A DNA stretch of 64,000 nt from a virus (lineage: Duplodnaviria > Caudoviricetes), in the IMG/VR virus record IMGVR_UViG_3300026549_000051, positions 32,001 to 96,000 of that record. One strand, written 5' to 3'. Shown here one piece after another: positions 46,201 through 56,000 of this stretch (position 1 is the stretch's first letter; each line of letters opens with the position of its first letter). A program made the translations under genes and the position numbers. The notes beneath the pieces were generated by a model. It did not search any database. It saw nothing but the letters and a program-made list of their open reading frames with translations, and was not told where the DNA came from.

Positions 46201-46727
46201 GCTTCCCGTCTACCAATGACCAGTCCCTCTTCGGCTATTACAGTGAGGACCAGGATGGAAATGTCTCGATCCAATATAACTCTCCATTAGCGATTCTGAA
46301 CTATCAGCAGACCGAGCGGCAACAAGATAAGATTATGCTGGCGCTAGTGCAGGGTGTTGGGACAGATAAGAACTTCTATGAACGGCATCAGAGCGTACAG
46401 GAGCAGGTCAACAAAATCCGTGAAGGCAAGACGAAACTCACGAACGACGATTACAACGCAATTGACGCAATTTACGTTAACTGGAACGCTGAAGTCGCGG
46501 CTGATCTTGCGGACATCGTAAGCACTTATGGGGCTGAAGCCGCCATAAATAATAAAGCGGTTCGCGATTATCTTTATTCTTACATTGAAGTCCCTAACTA
46601 CTGGGAGAGGAATAATAAGAACAGATATGTAAGCTTAGGCGACAGAGGCGTAAAGAAGGCAGCATATTATACAAGCTGGCTAAGGTCGATGTTCAAAGTA
46701 AATGACCGGTATAAAGGTCAGTATTAG
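40221..46727 (+). CDS. Giant internal virion / ejection protein with LPD38-like C-terminal region
   Basis: 2168 aa, helical, Ala-rich hydrophobic stretch; PYLGAAING..YKQIPEY..SIPIPQELG pattern. Confidence 0.6.
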   Translation: MALVNSRSTLEGPTLGTNIGEDVRRQNEDRKNTALVNEGLVKSGASFDPTTQVVDKAGYAEAVSEYNAWEASRGDLMKAATTVRLNPDTGDVEVSAPKKALKSPLLKQNYDEALKAISLNYKLNPDYKYALMKDSSETKTSEEWAADIERQLKEDVPRFIAREEQKDALKEQTGLDFSDEDLTKMATVALEYNNENGETVLVKDDTRQSVPKQIVEMEAFEPIRESYDEESGTFEWKDLKEVWDRDKTSDEAILDVYKIVDEYFSKGEFTDPTEYAQMSAFYQFAEGKDPSIKWYRGAVLTAGEVLMGAWEGTANFTQSILSAADTVGTLAGNAIEAASYAMSSGESIGEAWQAAKATDTKSFVEQCNEDLDRFIADRQKEQRVLSDQAAAANAISSTLTAVGAQIVASIVVGNVAADVAKGAVGGAVARAASGFGKTANSLATITASNIASGALTAEELTSTVYSGTAVLLTLADAATAAKAFATAASAVRGITIASKIVVSAADVMGQAIVDVTLSDKKLFRQLMLSGDQEAKEYAIQQLSQNVIGEVSGVALGRAVKGLAKTEVGRVVNAKASTRIAALKASIGQTADNLKISWFHKGNEEWLLEKAKRLGDEAKKSEGQWYGIWASNRAARAERQLRAYGANLISRQANRKVGELAGTITADSWDDLVVTADDVLSKSKITLARANNLIDSIYKGDIAATEAAIMMDNPKLEAARKAVVDEITNVVKAEQAAGIASKAKKIKIADSGNVVTVMSEETNRYANAMVRARYAEAYIGLASDGNEIAKAKKELESLRPIIEKFETEQPQELIDAVNSYERSVARAYEEIGNTRKSLGLISEDELTAMRESGFFAEGYIRQQRIKGWEEYRSLGGRLHIHEVRGTQHWKWGSTDTDWQDMSLVLFDDIEEIARQYQRKKNIETLKYLGIEIKTVVGEDGVRIVDEVNPVRKKAAATLSRSTKNAVRDFGDKVETAVSDSFVAQKTHTVVNQAETNAILSGASLGAAETKPLRKITSRERTAFVKQLYPETGLDELVLLNQASPFSIAVTDDKSFSSFMEALDSRTRRYLERSMDEQAGYLYEARKKTTIPEVKASPSVVDGQAAALPSSGKANYTFSNLELLMANDPDFSTKLKQQYVLNNKELAESASLERAIESQKRGKAMFDANTKYQSDMLRLNKLRAKYNLEALDDKYIESMDSIIDDIIDANIEDKNVNQAFWALGDATAGGDDLIEYATLRSLNAQKRKVVGAYQEAAEKTMNSAITGDVLKKYANDKEALAKAKLRIKKHAREYAKNAAELFETRLVDRYGEVASRLAAQGSDVVNRKDYWSIVDELNKEIAGASKTSNVIKTYGAHGYEEYVELSPTIASMFTMRPRPIRRGPFGAIQQAFVRTFRAGTTGGFIPGSLVNQGFRDFGNAIVAGNAWHTSSTVKRVLTENFGEDLAERLQNELPDVFESLLKKSDETGKSVGELAVQMELDRGAANVSSELETQIYQFGREARIARNSRGVYDQTALEKITDAVDNVQRKREALNTMRETYLRNRVYNNNLLEALNSGMALDDAREVAKFMQAEATTNFARRSYHLANLSETVPYLGAAINGQKSFWRLFSIDPVGMSTRIVGGFVVPIIALTAHSLSTEENRRIYKQIPEYAKSDSLTFVTEGQVFSIPIPQELGAFVSATQHMVESMADASDSSFAELMANDLLGAFPIDLSGFMGLDSDKITEGNLATDHLVPGFVKMSSQLMPPLVKSGFMLATGIDPFTMKQIDTAHTTTDPETGERVVMDYTSGYAAKAISKILGDKISAQMAQKILSNIFGTGGMLYVDGLADLATAAFDNEKSFLEDGVGGFAQDLLENGLNRLTVPRYGEESNLAWNRAVAQLYKEKAALLSDPEYQDDLKALSDKTISDSARKKIESRLKTRQHEYMQKVLDAANNLVDNYGGTFDRYKFGAVLSLMNLDTDSVNENPYDAYATYLTKQEWNLNKAAAIETMQEMGFPSTNDQSLFGYYSEDQDGNVSIQYNSPLAILNYQQTERQQDKIMLALVQGVGTDKNFYERHQSVQEQVNKIREGKTKLTNDDYNAIDAIYVNWNAEVAADLADIVSTYGAEAAINNKAVRDYLYSYIEVPNYWERNNKNRYVSLGDRGVKKAAYYTSWLRSMFKVNDRYKGQY

Positions 46728-46734
46728 GAGCAAC

Positions 46735-47445
46735 ATGGATAGAGAGTCTATTTTGGAGAATATCGAAAAAGCTAAGAACGCTTCACTCGAAGAGGGGGCG
46801 GCATACTACGACAGTCTGCCGCCTGAATTGGCGACTCCGGGTGAGCCGACTGATATTTATAAAAACAACCAATCTATTAGGCGCGAAGAATCGAGAAAGA
46901 CGCGGCCAAATGGCAGCTCTGCGCTCGTCATGGCCGCCACGCAGGCCGTGGTGGACGGCGACGGGGCCGAGGGCCTAGCCCACGCCCACAAGAGAGCAGA
47001 AGATGATAGTGAACTCTACAGAAAGAGAGGCGAGCACGATAGGGCGGAAATCGCTAAGCATCAATATATGGAAGAGCATTTCCTCCCCGCAGTTGAGACA
47101 GTCATTAACTATACGAGCCCAGATGAACTGCTTAACTGCAAAGATGCTCTCTCGAAGCTAGACAAATATGTGTTCGGCTCCGGCAACTCAACTGGTTACA
47201 CCGCGGCCTATATCCGCTCGGCCTATGGCGATTTACTCGGACAAGACATAAACCACAGATTTGGCGAGAGCGACCCGACCGTGGTGGAAGTTGTACGCCG
47301 TATCAAGTTTTTGGCAGATAGTGACGACATCAGAACAGCTGTAGGGTTGGCAAAACAGCTCAAGCGACAGATAGACGATGGCCAGCACTTAGCCTCTGAT
47401 GACGACTATGCCCTTATCGGTAGAGTGGCTGCCTATGCGAGTTAA
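46735..47445 (+). CDS. Hypothetical protein
   Basis: Start MDRESIL after AGGAG. Confidence 0.7.
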   Translation: MDRESILENIEKAKNASLEEGAAYYDSLPPELATPGEPTDIYKNNQSIRREESRKTRPNGSSALVMAATQAVVDGDGAEGLAHAHKRAEDDSELYRKRGEHDRAEIAKHQYMEEHFLPAVETVINYTSPDELLNCKDALSKLDKYVFGSGNSTGYTAAYIRSAYGDLLGQDINHRFGESDPTVVEVVRRIKFLADSDDIRTAVGLAKQLKRQIDDGQHLASDDDYALIGRVAAYAS

Positions 47446-47484
47446 TTTTAAGATGTATATATTAAGGTCTATTATAATTGAGTT

Positions 47485-48180
47485 ATGAGTTTATGTAATA
47501 CCTGTGGCGGCCCATTAGGCACATGTGGACATTGCGGACAATGCCAGCCTAAATGCGGCTGCGAGAAAAAATGTCCTACGCCTTGCGGTTGCCCAGAGTC
47601 GATTCTTTCTATCGAGGCGGATAGCACGAACCCTACGAATCTCCGCTTCAATCTCGGCGGTCGTTCGGTATGGTACGATTTCGATTCTACTATAAAAGCT
47701 GGCGAGACCTGCACTACGCTTTACGCGGATTTGACCGCCCGTAATCTTGTCTATAACGCTGAGTGTCAGACCATCACTATTTCGGCGGCAAGCCTAGGTG
47801 GTATTTTGCACCTAGCAGACATCGGAGACGTGGATGCTACAACAATCAAAGATAACGCTATTCTTGTTTACAAGAAAGATGCTGACTGCGGTGAGAACTG
47901 CGACGGCGGGAACGGATGGATTGGTGTAGACCCGAGTGAAGCTGGCGACAGCTCACTTGACTACATTATGGGGTCAGATGCGGACGGCGAAGTAAAAAGC
48001 TTGATGCCACCAGCCAACGCTAGCCAATTCTATTACCTGTCGTGGGCGGCTCAGGATAAGGCTTCATGGAAGCAACCGACTATTGCGACTTCCGCACCGC
48101 AAGACAGCGATGGCAAGGTTTGGCGCGTGTATATGGATCCGACGACCAAGGAGCTTATTGTGGTTAAGGAGGACGCATAA
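47485..48180 (+). CDS. Cys-rich putative virion protein
   Basis: Eleven Cys in the first 37 aa; LADIGDVD; related to 6219 and 48180. Confidence 0.7.
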   Translation: MSLCNTCGGPLGTCGHCGQCQPKCGCEKKCPTPCGCPESILSIEADSTNPTNLRFNLGGRSVWYDFDSTIKAGETCTTLYADLTARNLVYNAECQTITISAASLGGILHLADIGDVDATTIKDNAILVYKKDADCGENCDGGNGWIGVDPSEAGDSSLDYIMGSDADGEVKSLMPPANASQFYYLSWAAQDKASWKQPTIATSAPQDSDGKVWRVYMDPTTKELIVVKEDA

Positions 48181-48818
48181 TGACTAACATTGATGAATTT
48201 AACCGCCGTGAGTGTGGCAAAATCGACAGTAATTGCGTGAATGCCTACACGGAATTTAAGCTAGACCCAGATAGCGCGACAGGGCTATGCCTAGATACTT
48301 CTTGGGGCGGAGATTGCTTAGACCTTACGAGCATCGTTAAAGCGGCCGAAACCGTGACGACGCTTTATCTCTCTCCAGAGGACAACCCAAATTGCTTGGT
48401 GTTCGAGCGCGAAGATGGACAATCTGACTGCATTAACGGCGACGACCTGTCACGCATTATCTCAATGACTAAGCTGAAGGACGTCGACCAAAAGACGGCG
48501 CCTGTGAACGGCGACGTTTATATGTACAATAACGGCAAGTTCTATACGTTTAACTTGCAACAATATATGGACGATACAGCCCAAACAATCGCCAACATGC
48601 AGGCGGCCATCCGTCAGCTACAAGTGCTATTGAATTACTGGCAGGTTCCAGAAGATTTGCCAGCGAACGCTAAGATTATGCTCGGCAATATCAACCTGTA
48701 TTCGGATACGAATGCCGTTATTAATAGCGATGGCACAGTCCAGTCGCTTGATAAGACCAGTGGCATTTACGGGCATGACCTAGACGTAGATAGAACGGAA
48801 GATGAGATTTTCGGGTAA
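48180..48818 (+). CDS. Putative virion protein, paralog of 47485
   Basis: LTSIVKAAETVTTL vs FDSTIKAGETCTTL; TKLKDVD. Confidence 0.7.
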   Translation: MTNIDEFNRRECGKIDSNCVNAYTEFKLDPDSATGLCLDTSWGGDCLDLTSIVKAAETVTTLYLSPEDNPNCLVFEREDGQSDCINGDDLSRIISMTKLKDVDQKTAPVNGDVYMYNNGKFYTFNLQQYMDDTAQTIANMQAAIRQLQVLLNYWQVPEDLPANAKIMLGNINLYSDTNAVINSDGTVQSLDKTSGIYGHDLDVDRTEDEIFG

Positions 48819-48836
48819 TAATAAAAGGAGAACAAA

Positions 48837-49346
48837 ATGAGTTGCGACAATAAAGTAGAGACCGTGAATATCGCAGATGTAGCGATTGACACGCTTGCGA
48901 GCCTGCCAGATTACATCTTGGCTGAGCGCGACATCACGGATGAATCAACGGGAAACATCAAGCGTACCCCAGTGCGTGTGCCGAGTGCAGCGCTTTTCCC
49001 AAATGCCAACAATGATAACGTGATTGGTCTAGCTGTTAATAACACCGCCATTGCAGTGCCAGAGAACCAAGTACGCGCAGGATATATTGCGAATGAGCCA
49101 GGTGCTCTCGTAATGAATTATGCAGACGCTTCACATCCAGCAATGTTCCTAATGCTCGGTCTGCACGTAGACAATGTTATGCGCATCCAGAATACTGGCT
49201 TTGTGAATATTCCTGAGGGACACTCTTATATCCCAGGCGCACAATACTATGTAGGCGAAAATGGCGAGCCTGTCACGGATGCCTCGATTACTGGCCAAAA
49301 GTTGTTTATCCCGATTAGTAGCACAAAATTAGCAGTCAACATGTAA
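48837..49346 (+). CDS. Putative head decoration/fibre protein
   Basis: GFVNIP..IPGAQYYVGENG pattern; AAGGAG RBS. Confidence 0.45.
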   Translation: MSCDNKVETVNIADVAIDTLASLPDYILAERDITDESTGNIKRTPVRVPSAALFPNANNDNVIGLAVNNTAIAVPENQVRAGYIANEPGALVMNYADASHPAMFLMLGLHVDNVMRIQNTGFVNIPEGHSYIPGAQYYVGENGEPVTDASITGQKLFIPISSTKLAVNM

Positions 49347-49347
49347 T

Positions 49348-49938
49348 ATGGCTATTCAAGATAACTTTATCGGGAATTTGAGGGGAAGTAGGAATGTCGC
49401 TAGTGGCTTGTCATTGAACACCGACCAGAAGATCACGACACAAGATGGTGCGAAAAATGAGGCAGGCAGTGTGCGATCTCTTGGTCCGATATATACTGAT
49501 GCGCCCCGCGGTGGAGAGCCGTCTGCGCCCCCTCGTGCGCAGCGGAGAATATTGTCCGCTGATGGAGCGGCGCTCGATGCGGCGAACCGTGGAACGGTAA
49601 GACCCATCAAGTTTGGCCCAATTTCGGCCATACAATACGAGGACTTCATGGCCAAGAAGGGACCATTTGCGGAAATGATGGGCAAGTGGACCATGGAAGA
49701 TACCCCAGAAAAACGAATTAATATCGTCAACCAGTATTCGCGAAAATTTAAGTTCAATGACAACCCGATTCTCTCCGATATGCTTCGGTCGTTGAGTAAG
49801 TATGACGACGGGAACATTAATGACCCCAATGCTCCGGAAGATGCCTTCACTATAGTGCGCAGGCAAGACTGGTATGATGCGTTCATTGAGAACCTAAAAG
49901 CCGCTCAGGATATATTCAACCCATCCCGTAGAGCTTAA
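49348..49938 (+). CDS. Hypothetical protein
   Basis: 196-aa ORF ending at a terminator. Confidence 0.65.
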   Translation: MAIQDNFIGNLRGSRNVASGLSLNTDQKITTQDGAKNEAGSVRSLGPIYTDAPRGGEPSAPPRAQRRILSADGAALDAANRGTVRPIKFGPISAIQYEDFMAKKGPFAEMMGKWTMEDTPEKRINIVNQYSRKFKFNDNPILSDMLRSLSKYDDGNINDPNAPEDAFTIVRRQDWYDAFIENLKAAQDIFNPSRRA

Positions 49939-49974
49939 AAAATATCCCCAAGAGGTACAGAGGGGATATTTTTT
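49937..49974. terminator. Bidirectional terminator
   Basis: AAAAAATATCCCC..GGGGATATTTTTT. Confidence 0.85.
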
Positions 49975-50015
49975 ATGGTGTTTCCACACTCACCACATAG
50001 AACTACGGGAGGCTA

Positions 50016-50429
50016 CTACCCCTCCTGTTCTAATTCTAACTCACCACGGTCGTCCCGGCAAGCCTCGCATTCGCTGAGGTCTTTGTTTGTAGCCTTCCCC
50101 CAAATATCATCGACCAGGTTGTCGATTTCTTTTAGCTGTTCAGCTTTCTCTCCCCAGATTTCGTAGGCTACTTGCCTGAGGCATGCCGCGCTTTTGCATA
50201 GACACCAAAGCTTACTGTCTATGTCTGGGTAGTGCTCTTGCATATACTCTCGGCGAATCTCTTTAGCCCGTTGAGCGGTGACAAGGTAAAACATCTCGTC
50301 ATCTGTGCCTTCGGCTACGACAGCCGAGCGTAGCGCATGCGCCCTAATATGCTCGAGCTCCGAGATGAGACGGATGCTATCAGATACGGCGGCAGTATCA
50401 TGGTTGAATATTGGCTTTTCTTCGTTCAT
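50016..50429 (-). CDS. Cys-motif hypothetical protein linked to the lysis cassette (copy B)
   Basis: Homolog of 9893-10297. Confidence 0.8.
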   Translation of the reverse strand: MNEEKPIFNHDTAAVSDSIRLISELEHIRAHALRSAVVAEGTDDEMFYLVTAQRAKEIRREYMQEHYPDIDSKLWCLCKSAACLRQVAYEIWGEKAEQLKEIDNLVDDIWGKATNKDLSECEACRDDRGELELEQEG

Positions 50430-50464
50430 ACTTAGTATAATAATAACATAACGAAGGAGGATAA

Positions 50465-50548
50465 ATGGGCGTACGAGAAGAGAAGAAGTCCTTTATTGAA
50501 AACGAACTTGCCGACATGGGGCCAGGAGAAGGCTATGAGCAACAGTAG
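50465..50548 (+). CDS. Conserved 27-aa peptide upstream of endolysin
   Basis: AAGGAGG RBS; MGVREEKKSFIENELADMGPGEGYEQQ. Confidence 0.75.
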   Translation: MGVREEKKSFIENELADMGPGEGYEQQ

Positions 50549-51686
50549 TTTAGTTAATGTAGTAGTAAAAGCGCACAGCGGTAACTATACGGCTGGGCGT
50601 GGCGGATATAAAATTAATCACATCACAGTTCACCACATGGCTGGCGTTTTGACGGCGGCGCAATGTGGTTCTATTTTTGCCAAGGCTGGTCGGAATGGCT
50701 CCGCCCATTACGGTGTCGGCTCTGATGGAAAGATTGGCCTATATGTTAACGAGAGTGACCGTGCATGGTCTGACAGCAACTGGCAATCTAACTGCACCAC
50801 CGTTTCGATTGAAACGTCTAATAGTTCCACTGGCGGTAACTGGCCAGTATCAGACCTTACCTTTAATAAACTAGTAGAATTAGTAGCAGACATCGCTAAG
50901 CGTAACGGGTTAGGAACATTGGCCCCAGGCAAGAACTTGACTTGGCACTCGATGTACGCCGCTACGACCTGTCCGGGCGATTACTTAAGGGGAAAGATGC
51001 AAGAGCTCGCTAATAGAGCAAACGCTATCAATAATGGCGAACAATTCAACCCATCATATTGCGACGGTTTCCTGCCATACCCTAACGGGTATTGGACGAA
51101 GGGCGACCAGAATGAGCGCATTGCGGTGCTCGCCAACTGGATGCGAGCGAAGTATCCTGACTTTACCCCTGAGGCAGCCTTGGGTGACTACTACGGCGAC
51201 AATATCGCTGGTGCAGTCAAGCGCTATCAAGAACTTAATGGCCTCGAAGCCGACGGCAACGTAGGTCCGATAACCTATAGCAGCCTTAAGGCGAATGGTT
51301 TTACTTATCCGAACCCAATTTACCCACCGACCAAGCCTACCTGGACAGACATCAGCCCATTAGTGCTTGAAACGGCTGGAGCTGTGGACTTGTATGACGT
51401 CACCAGCGGAGCAGTAGTATCGTCATACAGAGAGGGCGTAGAGGTCACAGTAGTGCAGGAGACGACCTGGAATGGTGTAAAATATTATCGCACTCAATGG
51501 TCGAAGGATAAGAACCTGGACAATGGTTTTAAGGCGACTGACTTGCGTGAGCCAGCCGAACCTGAGCCAGGACCAGAGCCAGAGCCAACCCCGGAACCAG
51601 AAGACCCGACTGTCGGTATTCTGGAGAAGATTATTGCGTTTATCAAACATATCATCGAACTAATAACAAAAAAGAAAGAGGACTAA
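50535..51686 (+). CDS. Endolysin: Amidase_2 + PG-binding domain (copy B)
   Basis: Same motifs as 8566-9735; start MSNSS by homology and AGGAG RBS. Confidence 0.92.
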   Translation: MSNSSLVNVVVKAHSGNYTAGRGGYKINHITVHHMAGVLTAAQCGSIFAKAGRNGSAHYGVGSDGKIGLYVNESDRAWSDSNWQSNCTTVSIETSNSSTGGNWPVSDLTFNKLVELVADIAKRNGLGTLAPGKNLTWHSMYAATTCPGDYLRGKMQELANRANAINNGEQFNPSYCDGFLPYPNGYWTKGDQNERIAVLANWMRAKYPDFTPEAALGDYYGDNIAGAVKRYQELNGLEADGNVGPITYSSLKANGFTYPNPIYPPTKPTWTDISPLVLETAGAVDLYDVTSGAVVSSYREGVEVTVVQETTWNGVKYYRTQWSKDKNLDNGFKATDLREPAEPEPGPEPEPTPEPEDPTVGILEKIIAFIKHIIELITKKKED

Positions 51687-51926
51687 ATGGAAATCCTAGG
51701 TCTATCAACATTAGCAACAGTAGTGCTCACCGGCCTCGTAGCGGGCGGCACAGAGCTGATTAAGCGTTTATTCGACAAAGACTGGCGAGCAGCCGTAACC
51801 ATCGTTGTGGCGGCCATTATTGGCGGTTTAGGCGGGCTTGTGTTCGGTGCTAACTTCTTAGTCGGCATGGTCTTTGGATTAGCCGCTTCAGGCTACGTCA
51901 CGATTGCTCAGAACATCGGCAAATAG
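51687..51926 (+). CDS. Holin (copy B)
   Basis: Near-identical to 8322-8564. Confidence 0.75.
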   Translation: MEILGLSTLATVVLTGLVAGGTELIKRLFDKDWRAAVTIVVAAIIGGLGGLVFGANFLVGMVFGLAASGYVTIAQNIGK

Positions 51927-51932
51927 CATATT

Positions 51933-52088
51933 AGCAACTAGGTTACAGGTGGGGCGCGCTATATTACTCTTTTTCTCCGGTAGAAAAAAACACACTCCCA
52001 TCGCTTGATAATTCCTCGCTAAGATTTCTCAAGCAAACAAAAACAAAAAGCTTCTTCGGTAGCGCACCCCATCCGTAATCTAGTTGCT
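51933..52088 (+). ncRNA. Candidate long-stem RNA 3' of holin (copy B)
   Basis: 29-bp imperfect IR (51933-51961/52060-52088) around 98 nt, followed by a T-run. Confidence 0.5.
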
Positions 52089-52128
52089 TTTTTGATAGTT
52101 GCGAGTGGGGATGGGTATAATTATAAGT

Positions 52129-53058
52129 ATGAACGATAAAGAAACCTACTATAAAACATGCGAATCCTGTGGCAGACCGATGGCTTACTGCAAAGGTCAA
52201 TGCTGTGGCCAGCCTAAGGGCTGCAGTTGCCAAGAATATGGCCCGATGAAGGCCGGTTGCCTTCGTGAGATTGAGCCAAGCTGCCCATATCAGGCGGTCA
52301 TTCCTACGCTTACAGTTGAAGATAAAAGCAATCTTAAGGACTTGGCTGACTGCTTTGTCCACGTCTCCAACATTAATACCACCTTTTATATCGACGACAA
52401 GCATCGCACGATTGTTACCTGGGCAGGCCCGGTTGAGTACGATAACTATGACCTAGACGCAAACACGCTTGGTCTGCGCAGCCAGTTCTTAATCGACAAA
52501 ACTGGTGGCTATGTTGCTTACTATGACAAGACTGGAACGTATGAAAAGTTCGTTTCCGCAGAAGGTGTGAATGAGCCAGTCGTGTTAACTATGTCGTATT
52601 CGGAGAGTGGCTCTGATTGGACTGAGGCAGAGATAAATGGTGCAGCCATGAGCGGAGCATACGCTAGCGGAATTAAAGTGAGCGTCGCTACCTTTAGTCC
52701 CACATCAGCCAGCTCTATCAGCTTCACGAATGAAACAACGCACGAGCAATTTTCCATAAGCGATGTTTATGGGATGCTCGAAAGCGGGACGAAGATTATT
52801 GTCAATAATGCACCTATCGGCATTGTCATCGAAAACGGCGGAGAAGTGCCAGCGCTTACGAACACAGCGGATGGGGTTGAGCTGAAAAAACAGCGAGCGC
52901 GAGTATCGGCAGAAGAAAGCGTCGATATATATACCGGGACAGCCTTCCTAATGGTTGATGGAGATGGTTTTGGCGGCAATGCGACTATGTTAGGTATGGC
53001 CATCGGGCCTAATTCTGAGTTGTTCGTCCAGGGAATCCGCAAGAATATGTTAGCTTAG
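52129..53058 (+). CDS. Cys-rich-leader tail/receptor-binding protein
   Basis: CESC..CKGQCC..CSC N-terminus; C-domain shared with 57934. Confidence 0.6.
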   Translation: MNDKETYYKTCESCGRPMAYCKGQCCGQPKGCSCQEYGPMKAGCLREIEPSCPYQAVIPTLTVEDKSNLKDLADCFVHVSNINTTFYIDDKHRTIVTWAGPVEYDNYDLDANTLGLRSQFLIDKTGGYVAYYDKTGTYEKFVSAEGVNEPVVLTMSYSESGSDWTEAEINGAAMSGAYASGIKVSVATFSPTSASSISFTNETTHEQFSISDVYGMLESGTKIIVNNAPIGIVIENGGEVPALTNTADGVELKKQRARVSAEESVDIYTGTAFLMVDGDGFGGNATMLGMAIGPNSELFVQGIRKNMLA

Positions 53059-53068
53059 GAGACGTTAG

Positions 53069-56000
53069 ATGCCTAAATGTCCAAAAGATTGTCATAAACC
53101 GAACCCTCTGATTTTCCGCAGGGTGATTATTCCGTCGGCTCTGGGGGACGATAAAGAGAATCCACCAGAGAACGGAGCATATTGCAATGCTCTTGTGATT
53201 TACGAGGCTAATAATGCAATGTACCTCTATTCATCTGACGGTATTCCGACGAAAATCCCAACCTCAATTACTAGCTACAATGACTTGACTCATAAGCCTT
53301 CCATCAACGGGGTAGAGCTGGAAGGCGACATCAGCCTTGAAGAGTTGGGTATCAGCGACCTAATCGAAGAGAGCGTTGCTTCCGAGGCGACAGCGAGAGC
53401 GGAGGCGGACGAATCCCTACAAGACGCTATCGACGCAGAAGAGGCCGCCCGCATCGCTGCTGACCGGGATATTATTAACTCAATTCCAACCGTCAACGAC
53501 GCTACACTTACTATCCAAAGGAATGGTACCAGTGTAGGCACGTTCACCGCTAACTCCGCCTCTGATACCACCATAAACGTAGATGTGCCCATTTATACTT
53601 CTGGGCTCATCAACGATAGCGGATATGTTACCGAGGCGGCACTGTCTGGATATGCGACAGACCAGGACATAGAAGATGCCGTGTCGGCAGAAGCGTCTAT
53701 TCGCGCGAATGCTGACCAAGACCTACAGTCTCAGATAGACGCTATCTCATCAGCGTCTGACGTCGTAGATGTTGTGGGCACTTATGCTGAGCTTCAAAAT
53801 TATGACACCTCAAAGTTAGGCGACAACGACATTGTCAAAGTTTTGACAGACTCCACTCACGACAATGCTATCTCGTACTACCGCTGGGATGATGCCAACG
53901 ATACTTTTGTGTACATTGGTAGCCAGGGTCCGTTCTACACTAAGAGCGAGACTGACGCAACGTTCGTCCCGCAGACCAGAACCGTTAACGGTAAGGCCCT
54001 GTCTATGGATATTGTCCTTACGGCTTCAGACGTAAGCGCTCTCCCTGCTTCCACGGTTATCCCTACGGTTAATAATGCCACCCTTACAATAAAGAGAAAC
54101 GGCAACAATATTGCGTCCTTCACAGCGAACTCTGCATCTGATGTGTCCGCTGACATAGCGGTTCCTACCAAGACCTCAGACATTACCAACGATAGCGACT
54201 TTGTGTCCGATGCGAATTATGTGCATACAGATAACAATTTCACCACGACTCTTAAGGATAAGTTGGATGGTATCGCCGCTGGAGCCGAAGTCAATGTCCA
54301 GAGCGACTGGAGCCAGACAAATGCCTCGGCGGACGACTACATAAAAAATAAACCCACTATTCCTACCAAGACTTCTGACCTCACTAATGATTCTGGATAT
54401 ATCTCTACGCTTCCTATTGCTGGCTCCAATACACTAGGCGCAATTAAGGTGGGTACTAACCTATCTATCGCCGCTGATGGCACGCTTTCTGCAGACGCTC
54501 AGAGCATTACCGTAGATTCGGCGCTCAGTTCGACAAGCACGAATCCGGTCGAGAACCGCGTTATTAATACGGCATTAGGCGCTAAAGCAAACACGGCCGA
54601 CCTTGCTGATGTGGCTACTTCAGGTGATTATGACGACTTACTCAACAAACCGACAATCCCTACCGTTAATAATGCAACCCTGACTATCCAGCGAAACGGC
54701 ACAACTGTGGATACCTTTACGGCGAATGCCTCTCAGGACAAGTCCGTCAACATTGTAGTGCCTACGGCCACCAGCGATCTAACAAACGATTCAGGTTTTC
54801 TTACTTCCATTCCGACAGCCTCGGCTAACACGCTAGGCGGCATCAAGGTGGGCGTAGGTCTCTCAATCACTGATGGGGTGCTATCGACCACTGGTGGTGG
54901 CGTAGCAGATGCGGTAGAGTGGACGAACGTCTTGAACAGACCTACGAATGTATCTTACTGGACAAACGATGCTGGCTATATCACAAGCGCGGCATTGCCC
55001 ACTAAAACATCTGACCTTACGAATGACGGCTCAGACGGTACGAGCACCTATGTAGAGGCAGATGACCTCGCAACAGTAGCTACGAGCGGAAGCTACAACG
55101 ACTTGTCTAATAAACCTACTATCCCAACGGTAAACGATGCCACAATCACCATCCAGCGCAACTCGACCAACGTTGATTCATTTACTGTGAACGCCTCGCA
55201 GAATAAGTCAATTAATATAGTAGTTCCAACTAAGACCTCTGACCTTACTAATGACAGCAACTTCGCTACCACGTCTCAGATCCCGACTAAGACCTCCGAC
55301 CTCACCAACGATGGTTCGGACGGCACGTCTACCTATGTAGAATCAGACGACCTGGCAACCGTGGCCACATCGGGAAGCTATAACGACCTTTCTGACAAGC
55401 CAGATATTATGACCGGGCTAGTTGAGATGTCTTATGGCGAGAGCAATGCCTGGGCAAAGTTCCTCGACGCCTACCAGAACAAGAAGATAGTTTATTGCCG
55501 CGCGTCCTCGAACGCCAACCCAGCTACAGGTACGCAGGGCCGCAAAGCCTTCATGGCCTACGTGAATAACGCCGAAAACCCAACCGAGGTAGAGTTCCAG
55601 TATGTCCGTTCGGTCGGCAATAAGACCGCCTCTCAGCCAGTAGACCAGGTGTTTGTCTACAAGCTTACCAGCGCTAACGGTGGCACCTGGACTGTAACGA
55701 CAAGAGATATGGGGCCAAAGCTCGCGCAGGGCACGAACACGACTGTGAGCTACTCTAATGGCACATACACAATCAGCGCGACACAATCTACGGTCCCTAC
55801 AAAAACTTCAGACTTAACTAATGACGGCTCAGACGGGGCATCCACTTACGTGGAGGCAGACGAGTTAGCGACTGTCGCCACGACAGGCTCATATGCCGAC
55901 CTTACGAACAAACCGACGATTCCGACTGTGAATAATGCTACCCTCACGATTCAGCGCAACAGCACCAGCGTAGGCACATTCACGGCCAATGCCTCATCGA

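Noticed and set aside
40221-46727. Virion RNA polymerase
   Set aside because: No recognisable polymerase motifs; the early promoters are host sigma70-type.
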